From contig OZ245033.1 in the NCBI GenBank assembly GCA_965224025.1, forward strand, positions 864,001-928,000: a DNA stretch of 64,000 nucleotides, read 5' to 3'. Of this stretch, positions 9,608 to 19,191 are shown piece after piece (the first letter of the stretch is position 1; each line of letters opens with the position of its first letter). Both the position numbers and the translations under genes were made by a program. The notes beneath the pieces are model-generated. The model worked only from the letters and a program-made list of their open reading frames with translations. It searched no databases and had not been told where the DNA came from. This DNA is from Candidatus Multivorans sp. Its GTDB lineage: Bacteria > Acidobacteriota > Thermoanaerobaculia > Multivoradales > Multivoraceae.

Positions 9608-12589
9608 CTAGTTGAGGTAGATGAACTCGCTCGCCGCCAGGATGACGTGGCAGAGCCTCGTCCAGGCGTAGATCTCCGCTTCGTCCGCCGGCCCTTGCGG
9701 ACGCATCTCGTCGAGGAAGGCGAGGCCGTCGGCGACCTCGGCGGGGTCGGCGGGGCGCCCGTAGGCGCGGACGAACGCGGTGTCGATGCGATCCGCGGCG
9801 CTCGCCTCTTCGAGCTCCAGGAGTTGCCGGGCGAAGCCGAGCGCGGCCTTCTCGACGAAGGGGCTGTTCATCATCAGGAGCGCCTGCCGCGGCAGAACCG
9901 TCTCGGATCGATCGCCGACTGAGTCGCTGGCGTCGCCGAAATCGAAGCCGCCGAAGATCCTGTAGATCGCGTTGCGTACCACCGGCATGTAGATCGAGCG
10001 CCGCGGCGCGTCGTAGAAGTCGACCTGGCCGAGGGTGCCGCCTTCGCCGAAGACGTAGCCCCTCGGGTTGTACTCCTCGACCCGTCCGCCGATCGTCAGA
10101 TCGAGGCGGCCGGCGAGCTGCAGCAGGGTGTCGCGAATCGGCTCTATCTCGAGGCGCCGCCGGTTCATGCGCCAGAGCAGGAGGTTCTCCTCGTCGACGG
10201 CGGCGTTTGCCGCGTCGTAGTCGGTCGACAACCGATACGTGCTCGACAGCATGATGTCGCGGTGCAGGTTCTTGAGCGACCAGCCGCCTTCGACGAAGCG
10301 GCGCGCCAGCCAGTCGAGAAGCTGGGGATGGCTGGGAGCGCTGCCGATGGCGCCGAAGTTGCTCGGCGTGTCGACGATGCCGCGGCCGAAGTGCCAGCGC
10401 CAGACGCGGTTGACGATGACCCGTGCGGTGAGCGGGTGCTCGGGGTGGGTGATCCAGCGCGCCAGTTCGAGCCGCCCGCTGGCGCCGCCTGCCACCGGTG
10501 GTGGCGGCACGAGGTGGTCGGTGACCTTCAGGAATCCGCGCGGCTCCGGTTTCTCGGCGAGGTTCAGGTGGCTGCCGCGGATGTGAACCGGCAGATCGAC
10601 GATGTCCGCCTCGTCCACCGCCATGGCGTACGGCGGCGCGGGCGGCGAGGCTCCTTCAAGTTGTTCGACCTCGGCGCGCAACTCGGCGAGCCGCTCCAGC
10701 GCCTCCGGCGGGTAGAGCTTCTCCTCCTCTTCCTGGTCGAGGCAGGGAATGCAGAAGTAGCCGCCGTAAACCAGCCATCGCAACTCCTCCTGCTCGCGCG
10801 GCAGCCTGAAGTCCGAGAGCGCAAGGTCGTCCTCGTCCTTGAGCCCGAGTCGCATCAGGTGCTCTTCCCAGGCGATCTCGATCGTCGCGAAGAGGCTCGC
10901 GTAGCGCCAGGCGACCTCCTCCAGGGTCTTTGGCGCCGGCCCGCGGACGAGGCCGCGGGTCAGGGGCGCCGTCAGCACCTTCTCCGAGGCGATGATCGCC
11001 CGTAGATCCTCGGTCACCTGCTCGTAGCGATCGGGCGAGGCGGCGGCGTAGGCGTTCCAGATCACGAAGACGGTGCTCGGGCTCGGGGCATCGCCCTCGA
11101 CCGGCGGGCCCTCCCGGTACCGGTAGAAGGCCCTGACCCAGCGCTCCAGGACGGCCGGCTCCAGTCCCCGGCCCCCGGCGACGCGGCGAAACGTCTCTCT
11201 GGCCTTCTCCTGCTTCGCCTCGTCCTCGCTCCAGCTCGGGTAGACCTCCTCGGCGGCCAGCAGATACTCGGCGAGCGCCGCCCGTCGAGGCCGCCGCAGG
11301 ATCTCGTTCTGTTCGTCGACCACTTCGTCGACCTTCGCTTGCGCTTCGGCAACGAGCTTCTGCGCCGCCTCGTACCGGGCGAGCGTCTCTTCCGGGACCA
11401 GCGGCCGCTCCAGCCAGCGCATGCCGGCGGCGTCGCTCATCGTCGCGGTCGAGCGCAGGACGCCGGCCATCGCGTAGTAGTCGGCCGTGGGGATGGGGTC
11501 GAACTTGTGGTCGTGGCAGCGGGCACAGCCGACCGGCAGGGCGAGAAAGGCGCGGCCCACGGTGTTGACCTGCTCGTCGACGATGTCGATCAGCATCTTG
11601 TCGACGTCCTGTTCCGCGAGCACCTTGGGTCCCAGCATCAGAAAGCCGGTCCCGGTGATCTGCTCGAAGCGCTGGGCCTCGGTCTCCGCCGGCATCAGGT
11701 CGCCGGCGATCTGTTCGTGGACGAAGCGGTTGAAGGGCTTGTCGCGGTTGAGCGAGTCGACGACGTAGTCGCGATAGCGGAACGCGTTGCGGAAGGCGAT
11801 GTTCTCGTCGAGGCCGTTCGAGTCGGCGTAGCGGGCGATGTCGAGCCAGTGGCGGCCCCAGCGCTCGCCGTAGTGCGGAGATGCGAGGAGGCGGTCGACG
11901 ACCCGGGCGAAGGCGTCGGGGTCCTGGTCGGCGAGGAAGTCCTCGATCTCGGCTTCGGACGGCGCCAGGCCGATGAGATCGAAGGTGGCGCGGCGCAGCA
12001 GGGTGCGCTTGTCGGCCGCGGCCACGGGCGCAAGGTCCTTCTTCTCGAGTCGCGCCAGGATGAAACGGTCGAGGGGATGGCTGATCCACGCCTCGTTCTC
12101 GACCTCGGGCGGTGCAGGGTCTTCGACCCGGCGGTAGGCCCAGTGCTCGCGGCCGGCGGTGTAGTCGAACGACTCGGCCGTTCTGGGCGCAACCACCGTC
12201 TGCTCGGCGCCGGTCCGCGGGTCGGGTGCGCCGCGGCGGATCCACTGCTCGAAGTCGGCGATCACCTGCTCCGGCAGCTTGCCGTCGGGCGGCATCTGGG
12301 TGAGCTCCTCGTAGTGGAGCGCTTCGATGAGCAGGCTGTCCTCGGGCGAACCGGGCACGATCACGGCGCCGCTGTCGCCGCCGGCGCGCAGTCCATCGGC
12401 ATCGAGCAGGGCCAGCCCACCGCGGATCTTCTTCGGATCGCCGCCGTGACACTCGTAGCAGCGCTCGACCAGGACCGGCCGGATCTTCGACTCGAAGAAC
12501 TCGAGATCGGCGGGGTCGGTCTCAGCGGCGCCGGCGACCGTGCCGACCGCCGCCAGCCAGGCCAAAACGAAGGACGCAGCGCGAGTCAT
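9608..12589 (-). CDS. PSD1/planctomycete cytochrome c domain protein (DUF1549/DUF1553)
   Basis: CYECH and CARCHDHKFDP heme motifs, 'GERWGRHWLDIARYADS', 'HPLTARVIVNRVW'. Confidence 0.9.
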   Translation of the reverse strand: MTRAASFVLAWLAAVGTVAGAAETDPADLEFFESKIRPVLVERCYECHGGDPKKIRGGLALLDADGLRAGGDSGAVIVPGSPEDSLLIEALHYEELTQMPPDGKLPEQVIADFEQWIRRGAPDPRTGAEQTVVAPRTAESFDYTAGREHWAYRRVEDPAPPEVENEAWISHPLDRFILARLEKKDLAPVAAADKRTLLRRATFDLIGLAPSEAEIEDFLADQDPDAFARVVDRLLASPHYGERWGRHWLDIARYADSNGLDENIAFRNAFRYRDYVVDSLNRDKPFNRFVHEQIAGDLMPAETEAQRFEQITGTGFLMLGPKVLAEQDVDKMLIDIVDEQVNTVGRAFLALPVGCARCHDHKFDPIPTADYYAMAGVLRSTATMSDAAGMRWLERPLVPEETLARYEAAQKLVAEAQAKVDEVVDEQNEILRRPRRAALAEYLLAAEEVYPSWSEDEAKQEKARETFRRVAGGRGLEPAVLERWVRAFYRYREGPPVEGDAPSPSTVFVIWNAYAAASPDRYEQVTEDLRAIIASEKVLTAPLTRGLVRGPAPKTLEEVAWRYASLFATIEIAWEEHLMRLGLKDEDDLALSDFRLPREQEELRWLVYGGYFCIPCLDQEEEEKLYPPEALERLAELRAEVEQLEGASPPAPPYAMAVDEADIVDLPVHIRGSHLNLAEKPEPRGFLKVTDHLVPPPPVAGGASGRLELARWITHPEHPLTARVIVNRVWRWHFGRGIVDTPSNFGAIGSAPSHPQLLDWLARRFVEGGWSLKNLHRDIMLSSTYRLSTDYDAANAAVDEENLLLWRMNRRRLEIEPIRDTLLQLAGRLDLTIGGRVEEYNPRGYVFGEGGTLGQVDFYDAPRRSIYMPVVRNAIYRIFGGFDFGDASDSVGDRSETVLPRQALLMMNSPFVEKAALGFARQLLELEEASAADRIDTAFVRAYGRPADPAEVADGLAFLDEMRPQGPADEAEIYAWTRLCHVILAASEFIYLN

Positions 12590-12965
12590 GGGAGTCTCTG
12601 AAGTGGACGGTGGAGTTTACTTGATCGACGACCCGCTCAGGCGTCCGCCCGGCCCCCGGGAAGGTACGCTCGGGCCTTCCGAAAAGGAACCGCGTGCCTT
12701 CCACGTCAACGACGAGTTCTGTGCTCCGCACATGGTGCCGCTCAGGCCATGTGGAAGCAGGTTCATCCTTGGCGGTCGAAATTCTCTAAGCCGCCGCTGT
12801 ACTGGCACTACATCCCGCGAGAAGTGATGGAGCAGTTTAGGTAGCTGGAATCCCCGCTACGTACCGGATGGCAAAGATGGGCTGTAGCGGCGGAGGTCAC
12901 ATGACGAACAAGATCATCACCCACGCCGATCGGTTCAAGGCCGCGTCGTCAGGCGCCGGTGCAGT

Positions 12966-13033
12966 GAACCCGGGTGGCGCGGGTCGCGCCACCCGCGAAC
13001 CACTGCGGCCGCGAGTTGACGAGCGCACGGATG
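12966..13033. repeat. GAACC double-hairpin repeat, copy 1 (second hairpin degenerate)
   Basis: GAACC-CGGGTGGCGCG-ggt-CGCGCCACCCG-CGAACC...GCGCACGGATG, homologous to the copies at 16074 and 53826. Confidence 0.75.
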
Positions 13034-13039
13034 ACACTG

Positions 13040-13410
13040 GATCTCGATGTACGGTCAGAGCGACGCGCGGAGCTACCGCACGCCCTGGTTCGGGGGGACG
13101 CCGTGGGAGGAGGACGCCCCGAACGGCGTCTACTGGGAGAACTCGCCGCTCAAGGACATCTACAAGGTGACGACTCCGACGCTCGTCCTGGTAGGCGAGA
13201 ACGATGTCCGCGTACCGCCGCCCCAGTCGGTGGAGCTGTACCGGGCCTTGAAGGCGAACGGCGTGGACACACATCTCTACATTGCCCCGCGCGAACCCCA
13301 CGGCTGGGGCGAACTCCGCCACGAGCTCTTCAAGGTCAACGTGGAGATCGACTGGTTCGAGCGCCACGTCCGGGGCATCGAGTACGAGTGGGAGACCGGT
13401 CCGGGAGACG
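13040..13410 (+). pseudogene. C-terminal fragment of an S9 (prolyl oligopeptidase-family) peptidase
   Basis: 'NSPLKDIYKVTTPTLVLVGENDVRVP..QSVELYRAL..PREPHG' holds the catalytic D and H. The GxSxG motif and N-terminus are absent. Confidence 0.75.
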
Positions 13411-13845
13411 ACCGCGTTTCTGTTCTCGGGGATACCGCTGCGGAGCATTGCTTCGCCGACGGCATGGGCGGACGTCTGGGCAGCGTACTGCGTGTACGAC
13501 GATGCCTACACCGATCGACGGACGTTCGGCTTCAACTGTGACGTTGGCAACGGCTTCGCGACGCCCGTTCCGTCGATGATCCTGTTGGCGTCCATGACCA
13601 CCGGTTTCCTGCCCACAATCGTCGCCGGGATCATCGGCGTAGCGCTGTTCTGGCAGTGGGTCTACGTGAGCTCACTGTACATGGTGAGCTTTTTCATTTC
13701 CGGAGGGCACAAGGCCCTCAGCAGACTGGACCTGTTCGTCTGGGTGTGGATGCCGAACACGGTGTGGATACTCCTACCCCTGCTGGGACTGTACGTATCC
13801 ACTCGCCTGATCCTCGACGGGAGCTACGGCGTGTTGGGCCACTGA
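13400..13845 (+). pseudogene. C-terminal fragment of a membrane protein (EXPERA/emopamil-binding-like)
   Basis: Hydrophobic helices, 'VWAAY..DDAY' and 'PNTVWILLP'. No proper start, and it abuts the S9 fragment. Confidence 0.45.
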
Positions 13846-13863
13846 GGCCGGCGCACCCGGCAA

Positions 13864-13916
13864 GGTCGCCGCTTCGCGGCGCGTTCTCCTCCGCGGGTCA
13901 GAAGACCCGCGGCTAC
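13864..13916. repeat. Composite REP-like palindrome (GTAG-foot type)
   Basis: CGCCGC-TTC-GCGGCG followed by CCGCGGGTC-AGAA-GACCCGCGG-CTAC. Near-identical copy at 61207. Lies between convergent genes. Confidence 0.8.
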
Positions 13917-15280
13917 TGACCGCCGCTCGTCTCGGCTGCCGCGGCTTGCGCCGCTTCCCTCTGCTTACGCCGGAACTCGCGCAGTTGGTCCATCTGCTCC
14001 TTCAACGCATCGGGGACGATGAAAGTGGGCATGTTCGTCTGCTGGCTCGTGTCGGTGAACGTGTAGTGGATGAAGCCGACCATCATCTCGTCGGTCGTCG
14101 CCTCGCCCCACATCACGTTCGCCGTCGGATCCGGGTTCGCCGGGTTGTCGGCCGAGTTGTCGAACGTGGCGTCGACGCGAATCGTCGTGCCGGCCGGGAT
14201 CACCTTGGGCCGCGTCGGCGTGTAGGTGAGCTGCCAGTTGAAGTCGTAGTTCGGCACGTCGAGCAGGACTTCCTTCTCGCCGTCGGGGTACTCGGCCGTG
14301 AACCTCATCGTCTTGCCCCGCAGGTGCATGTGAGGCGTGAAGTCGAAGAGCACCGCCTCGTGCTCGGTGGTGTATGACGACCACGACTGGTAGTTTCTTT
14401 CGCCCGCCGGGATGTTCAGCACCGGATCCACCAGCCACAGGGTCTCCACCACGTTCTCCGGCTTCTCGTCGTGGAAGTAGAGGCCCATCGTCGTCTGGTC
14501 CGTGCCGCCGGTGCCCGCGCCCGGAGTCTTGTGGTAGTGCATCTGGAAGAACATCGTGCTGTTCGGCGGCATGCGCATTCCGTGCCCTTCGGCAAACTGA
14601 AGCGGAGCGACACCGGGTCCCCAGCCGCTCACGAAGGTGAGGTCCAGGGTACCCGTCCGGCTCTGCACGCCCGCGAGTGTGGCGTTGGGCGGCGCGAGGT
14701 AGGTCAACTGGTGATGCACCGCTTCGACGAATCCGGGATGGATCTCGATCGCCCGGATCCAGCGCTCTTCGTCGACCGGGTTGTCGACCTGGAGCCACTC
14801 GTAGTGATCCTCGACGTCATCGGAGACGTGGAACTCCGGGCCCGTGTAGACGGCGTCCGGCGGTCCGAGCTTCCAGTCGGAAGAGAAGCTGGGAGGCTCC
14901 GGCGCCCGGGAAAGTTCGCCGGCCGGCGCGCCCGCGGTCACCCAACGGTTCAGCGTCTCGATCTCGGCGTCGGTGAGGCTCGGGTCCTCCACGAACTCTC
15001 CGTGCTCCGGGTTTGCGAACCATGGCGGCATGGTCCGGTCGCTCGTGACCTTGCGGATCGACTTCGCCCAGGGGCGCGTCTCGTCGTAGGTCAGGAGAGA
15101 CATGGGCGCGGTCTGTCCGGGTCGATGACAACTCACGCAGTTCTCGTGCAGGATCGGAGCGACATGGTCCGACCAGGTCACCTCAGCGGGGTCTGCCGCG
15201 TTGTTGGCTGGCGGCGCCGCGACGACCGCGCTCGCGAGAAACGCGAGGCCGAGAACGAGGTAGGGGAGACGGGACTTCAT
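13913..15280 (-). CDS. Secreted heme-c plus copper type II monooxygenase-like protein
   Basis: Signal peptide from ATG 15280, CVSCH, and the copper-ligand pattern VHH, HYH, HMH, DEMM. Confidence 0.75.
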   Translation of the reverse strand: MKSRLPYLVLGLAFLASAVVAAPPANNAADPAEVTWSDHVAPILHENCVSCHRPGQTAPMSLLTYDETRPWAKSIRKVTSDRTMPPWFANPEHGEFVEDPSLTDAEIETLNRWVTAGAPAGELSRAPEPPSFSSDWKLGPPDAVYTGPEFHVSDDVEDHYEWLQVDNPVDEERWIRAIEIHPGFVEAVHHQLTYLAPPNATLAGVQSRTGTLDLTFVSGWGPGVAPLQFAEGHGMRMPPNSTMFFQMHYHKTPGAGTGGTDQTTMGLYFHDEKPENVVETLWLVDPVLNIPAGERNYQSWSSYTTEHEAVLFDFTPHMHLRGKTMRFTAEYPDGEKEVLLDVPNYDFNWQLTYTPTRPKVIPAGTTIRVDATFDNSADNPANPDPTANVMWGEATTDEMMVGFIHYTFTDTSQQTNMPTFIVPDALKEQMDQLREFRRKQREAAQAAAAETSGGQ

Positions 15281-15339
15281 GGGATTCTCCTTGCCCGGTT
15301 GGAGTCCGGGGGATTGGGGCGAGTGTAGCCCGAGCGCCC

Positions 15340-16073
15340 TCAATCGAAAGCCGTCAGGATCTCCTCGTTGCCACGCCTCCGGCTGGTTGGGGACGCCGCA
15401 CAGGATGATCTCCTTGGCGCCTGCCTCGATACTACTGCAGCAGGTCCTGAATGTAGGAGGCGGTGCCCCAGCAGTACCAGGGCCGGCCGGGCGACTTTGC
15501 GGCTTCCTGGTCGTTGGCGAAGAGCCGGAAGGGCGGGGCGACCGTCCGTTTGATGTCCGCCGGATCGCGGTCGGCGTCCCCGCAGTGACTGTCGAGGACC
15601 TCCTGCCTGTGGCGGAAGACATCGACGCCGCCGGGGTGCCAGAAGTCCAGGTTGCTGATGTCGCCGTACCGGGCGCAGGTGCGGAGCGTCCTCTTCTCGC
15701 CGTTGCCGCCGATCAGGATCGGAATGTGGGCCTTCCGGGTAGAACGCGGCCGGGTCGAACCAGGCGGCGCCGATCCCCAGCTCCATGCGTCCGCCGCTGA
15801 TGTGGTCGACGCTGGCGTATATCTTCGCCAGCAATGCCGGATTGCGGTAGGTGATGCCGCAGGCGAGGGTTCCGAGCCGCACACGTTCGGTCAACACAGC
15901 AGCCGCGGTCACCAGGTCCAGACCTCGATCGCCGACTTGTTTTCGGAGGTGGGATCGGCCGGCGGCAGGAAGTGGTCCGAGAACCACCGGCTGCTCCAAC
16001 TGCCGTTCTCGATCGTCCGAACAGTAGCCTCGATCCGTGGCCACGGCAGGCGGTAGCTGCTGAGCTGGGCGCC
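15340..16073 (-). pseudogene. LLM-class flavin-dependent oxidoreductase, decayed
   Basis: Pieces in several frames ('WFSDHFLP', 'YRNPALLAK..DHISGGRMELGIGAAW', 'PILIGGNGEKRTLR') with internal deletions and a stop. Confidence 0.85.
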
Positions 16074-16138
16074 GAACCCGGTTGGCGCGCCTCGCGCCAA
16101 CCGTGAACCGGTCCGTGCGCCCGTCATCGGGCGCTCGG
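16074..16138. repeat. GAACC double-hairpin repeat, copy 2
   Basis: GAACC-CGGTTGGCGCG-cct-CGCGCCAACCG-TGAACC-G-GTCCGTGCGCCCGtcatCGGGCGCtCGG, with a compensatory G-C to T-A stem change. Confidence 0.8.
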
Positions 16139-16139
16139 C

Positions 16140-16655
16140 TGCACTTCCATGGCCCGAAGCTACTCTGAAGTGGTACGTTGTTCCAAGTCAATCCCTGGTT
16201 CGAGGATCAGTTCGTGCGCGGCAAGCAGACCGGGCTGATCTCGGCCCTGCTCGATGACGATCTGGAGCCGGCGGCTGCCTGCTGGTTCGATCGCATTCCC
16301 GGCGAGACGTCGGGGATCAAGCCCCACTTCGACGCCATCGGGCACCGGCGTAAGGGTGCGACCATGTGGGTCGCCCTCGACCGGGCGGACCGGGAGAACG
16401 GTTGTCTCTACTACGCGAAGGGCGCGCACCGGCAGAAGCTGCCGAGCCAGATCGGCCTGGAGGGCTTCGGCTCGGACTCCGAGGAGGCGGTCGCGATCGA
16501 AGGTCGAGCCGGGCGACGCCGTCATTCACAGCTCGCTCACGGCGCACTGGTCGGAAGCGAACCGCAGCCAGCGTCCGCGCCAGGCGATCACCTCCTTCTA
16601 CTGGGCAGCCTCGTCCCAGGGGGATGCGGGCGGCGCCAACTCGATACGGCGGTAA
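16140..16655 (+). pseudogene. Phytanoyl-CoA dioxygenase (PhyH) family fragment, frameshifted
   Basis: 'PHFD..TMWVALDRADRENGCLYYAKGAH', then in another frame 'PGDAVIHSSLTAHWSEANRSQRPR'. Confidence 0.8.
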
Positions 16656-16689
16656 ATCGACGCGGGAGCCATTCAGGGAGCGGTCACGG

Positions 16690-16928
16690 GCAAGCCGAGT
16701 TTCTACGTCGTCGTGTCCCGCCCTTTCATTGCCGAGAACGAAGACATCTCGACTGTTGTTTGCGCTCCGCTCTATCGAGAGCACCTGGGCCCTTCGACAA
16801 AGGTCGCCGTGGGCGCGGCCGATGGCCTGCCAACAGACTGTTCGATCCGCTGCGACTCCTTAGCTCTGATGTTCAAGTCGAAGCTCACTGACTTCGTTGC
16901 GGAACTGCCGCCCGCCAGGCTGGGTTGA
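16690..16928 (+). pseudogene. PemK/MazF toxin remnant
   Basis: 'FYVVVSRPFI..STVVCAPLY..VAVGAADGL..CSIRCDSL..KSKLTDFV'. N- and C-termini are missing. Confidence 0.65.
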
Positions 16929-17162
16929 TCGCTCCGGTGTCGTCGTAGTCGAAACGAACCCTTGACCCCCCCGAATCCTGCCGCGAGCCTGCTGCTGGGA
17001 AGGTTCGTGGGGCACGCCGAACACGTCGTAGTGGCCGCCCGCGCACAGGGCATCGCCCGGAGCCCCGGGTGCGAGCAGCGTGCTCTTCCCGGCGGCGTCT
17101 GCTGGCGCCGAGCAGGAGTAAACGGTCTCCGTCGGGCGGTGTGCCGGTGCTAGGCTGCCTCT

Positions 17163-17390
17163 GTGAGCGGCGTCGAAGAGCGGTATCGCGAGGCGATTGC
17201 TAGCTGGTCGGGACTGCAGCGGGTCGAGAGGTCGGCAGGCCTGTTCTCGGAGGTGCGGGAGATGCTCGCGCGCAAGATCGTGGCCAGCAATCCGCGGTTG
17301 GCGCCGCCCGAAGTGACGAGGCGAGTTGCCGAACAGCTCTATCGGTCGGACCGCGAGACGCTGCGCCTGCTGTCGCTTCTCGATTCATGA
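17163..17390 (+). CDS. Small hypothetical protein, partner of the nucleotidyltransferase
   Basis: 75 aa, ATGA-coupled to the NTase, as is typical for the small partner in such pairs. Confidence 0.55.
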   Translation: MSGVEERYREAIASWSGLQRVERSAGLFSEVREMLARKIVASNPRLAPPEVTRRVAEQLYRSDRETLRLLSLLDS

Positions 17391-17695
17391 AGGTCGGCGG
17401 GCTGCGCCTCGTCCTGGAGGCGGTGGTCACGGTGCTTCAGGGCCGGAACATCCCGTATCACGTCACTGGCGGACTGGTTTCGTCGTTCTACGGCGAACCG
17501 CGTTTGACCCAGGACGTCGACTTCGTCGTCCGGCTTACGCCGTCGGATGCCGGAGCTCTTTCGGGAGAGCTGAGTCGCGAGTTCTTGCTTGATCGTGAGC
17601 GGGTGGCCCGAGCTGTAGAGGCCGGTGGCATATTCCAGGCCCTTCACCGAGAGCTGATGATCAAGGCCGACGACACGTCATGCTCCGGCGGATAG
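17387..17695 (+). pseudogene. Nucleotidyltransferase (DUF6036/AbiEii-like), internally deleted
   Basis: 'YHVTGGLVSSFYGEPRLTQDVDFVV' motif. Homology stops after 'IKAD' at about 95 aa. Confidence 0.7.
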
Positions 17696-17715
17696 AGGAG
17701 ACAGGAGGCGAACCG

Positions 17716-17928
17716 ATGTCGGCGATCAAGATCAGCTCGAAGGTGGACGAGGCGGCCTGGAGCGAACTCCACGACCTGGCGAAGGAAACCAGGCGGACCG
17801 TTTCAGGACTGCTATCCGAGGCGGTGGAGGAATACCTGGCCCGGCGCCGCGTACGGCCGGATGTGCTCCGGCATCTGGAGGACTCGATGCGCGAGAACGA
17901 CGAGCTGGGAAAGCTCCTCGCGCGGTAG
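17716..17928 (+). CDS. Ribbon-helix-helix antitoxin
   Basis: GGAGG RBS, then MSAIKISSKVDEAAWSELHDLAKETRRTVSGLLSEAVEEYL, directly upstream of doc. Confidence 0.75.
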   Translation: MSAIKISSKVDEAAWSELHDLAKETRRTVSGLLSEAVEEYLARRRVRPDVLRHLEDSMRENDELGKLLAR

Positions 17929-17949
17929 CGCGTTCTCCGTCAGCGATCG

Positions 17950-18105
17950 ATGGACAGGGTCCAGGTCCTTACGCTCGACGAACTGCTGGCGGTCCACGAA
18001 CGCCTCATCGTGCGCTTCGGCGGCTCAACCGGCGCGCGCGACCTTGGTCTGGCTGAGAGTGCGCTCTTCCGGCCGCAGTCGGGCTACTACGAAGACGTGG
18101 TGGCC
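17950..18105 (+). pseudogene. Doc (Fic-family) toxin, truncated
   Basis: 'LTLDELLAVHERLIVRFGGSTGARDLGLAESALFRPQSGYY'. The catalytic HPFxxGNKR motif is missing. Confidence 0.8.
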
Positions 18106-18579
18106 CCTGGACCGGCTCGCCGACCACTACTCGCTCGCCACCATGCAGGCGATCTTCAAGCCGGCCGGGGCGATCCTGTTCTGGTACTGCCTGTCGGCCT
18201 ACCGGAAGGCGATGGAAGAAGCGGGGACGTGGGAGGTGGATTGAGGGGGCGGTGGTGGTCGGGCCGCGACGATCAGAGCACCTCCCAGCGGCGAGCATCA
18301 AGAGCAGGATGGAGCGCCGTGCCCGGCAGAAGAGCCCGCGCATCATTTGGGGGCGTCAGGTTTGGCGTCACCCGTGCAGCGGTCCGGCCCTTTGCGGCTA
18401 TGATCGCCGACAAGGTGCATGTGGCCCGTAGGAGAGTGGAGCGAGCGCTTGGCTGACGAACATGTGTTCCAGGATCCCTGAATCCGCCGTACGCAGCAGT
18501 TGGTCCGATAGAGTCGAGGATTCGCCATGCTCCCGCTGGCGAGCCGCAACAATCCAGCAACTTCCATCACAGAGGCGAC

Positions 18580-18804
18580 ATGAGCAAACCGTCGAATCGG
18601 CGCGTAGCGTCAGGCAGTGCGGCCAAACGGAGACCCTCGCGACCGGCTCAGCCGGACGATTGGTGGCGACAGGATGGGCGTGCGCTTCGCGGCGACTGGG
18701 TGGTAGTCGGGCGGGACATCCGCAAGTCGTTGGAACGCTTCGCGGAGGAGAACGATGCCCAGGAAGAAGCAGGGGTCGCTACAGAGGCAGCGACCTCAGC
18801 GTGA
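18580..18804 (+). CDS. Small hypothetical protein upstream of the DUF2335 gene
   Basis: GAGG RBS and a 'DGRALRGDWVVVGRDIRKSL' motif of the kind seen before DUF2335 genes. Confidence 0.5.
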   Translation: MSKPSNRRVASGSAAKRRPSRPAQPDDWWRQDGRALRGDWVVVGRDIRKSLERFAEENDAQEEAGVATEAATSA

Positions 18805-19120
18805 CGATGGCGTAGCCGTCACGTCTCGGCAGGTTGAGGTCAGCGAGTTCACAGCTGGGCCTCTCCCACATCCAGAGTTGTATGGCGGATACGAGCAGGT
18901 GCTCCCCGGTTCGGCAGATCGAATCGTGGGCATGGCGGAGGACGAGGGCCGGCAACGCCGCCTCCGGAAGATGATTCTGACTGTGGCGGTTGCGGTCGCG
19001 GTGGTGTCCGGAGTTACCGTTGGCGGAATCCTGCTCTACAGAGGCGAAGACTTGGCGGCAGGTCTACCTGTTCTGGGTGTCGCGGTGGTCGCCGTGGCGT
19101 TCAAGGACCTGCTTCACTAG
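18755..19120 (+). CDS. DUF2335-family membrane protein
   Basis: 'AGPLPHPELYGGYEQVLPGSADRIVGMAEDE' followed by two TM helices. Confidence 0.75.
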   Translation: MPRKKQGSLQRQRPQRDDGVAVTSRQVEVSEFTAGPLPHPELYGGYEQVLPGSADRIVGMAEDEGRQRRLRKMILTVAVAVAVVSGVTVGGILLYRGEDLAAGLPVLGVAVVAVAFKDLLH

Positions 19121-19191
19121 CGGCGCGGGTCCCGACACCGGTACCCGGTCGCGGAACCTGTCAACGACTTTGACACAGCGGTGTTCTGGAT

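Noticed and set aside
12600-19150. Integron cassette array explaining the TA cluster
   Set aside because: No integrase and no recurring RYYYAAC...GTTRRRY attC sites were found between the genes
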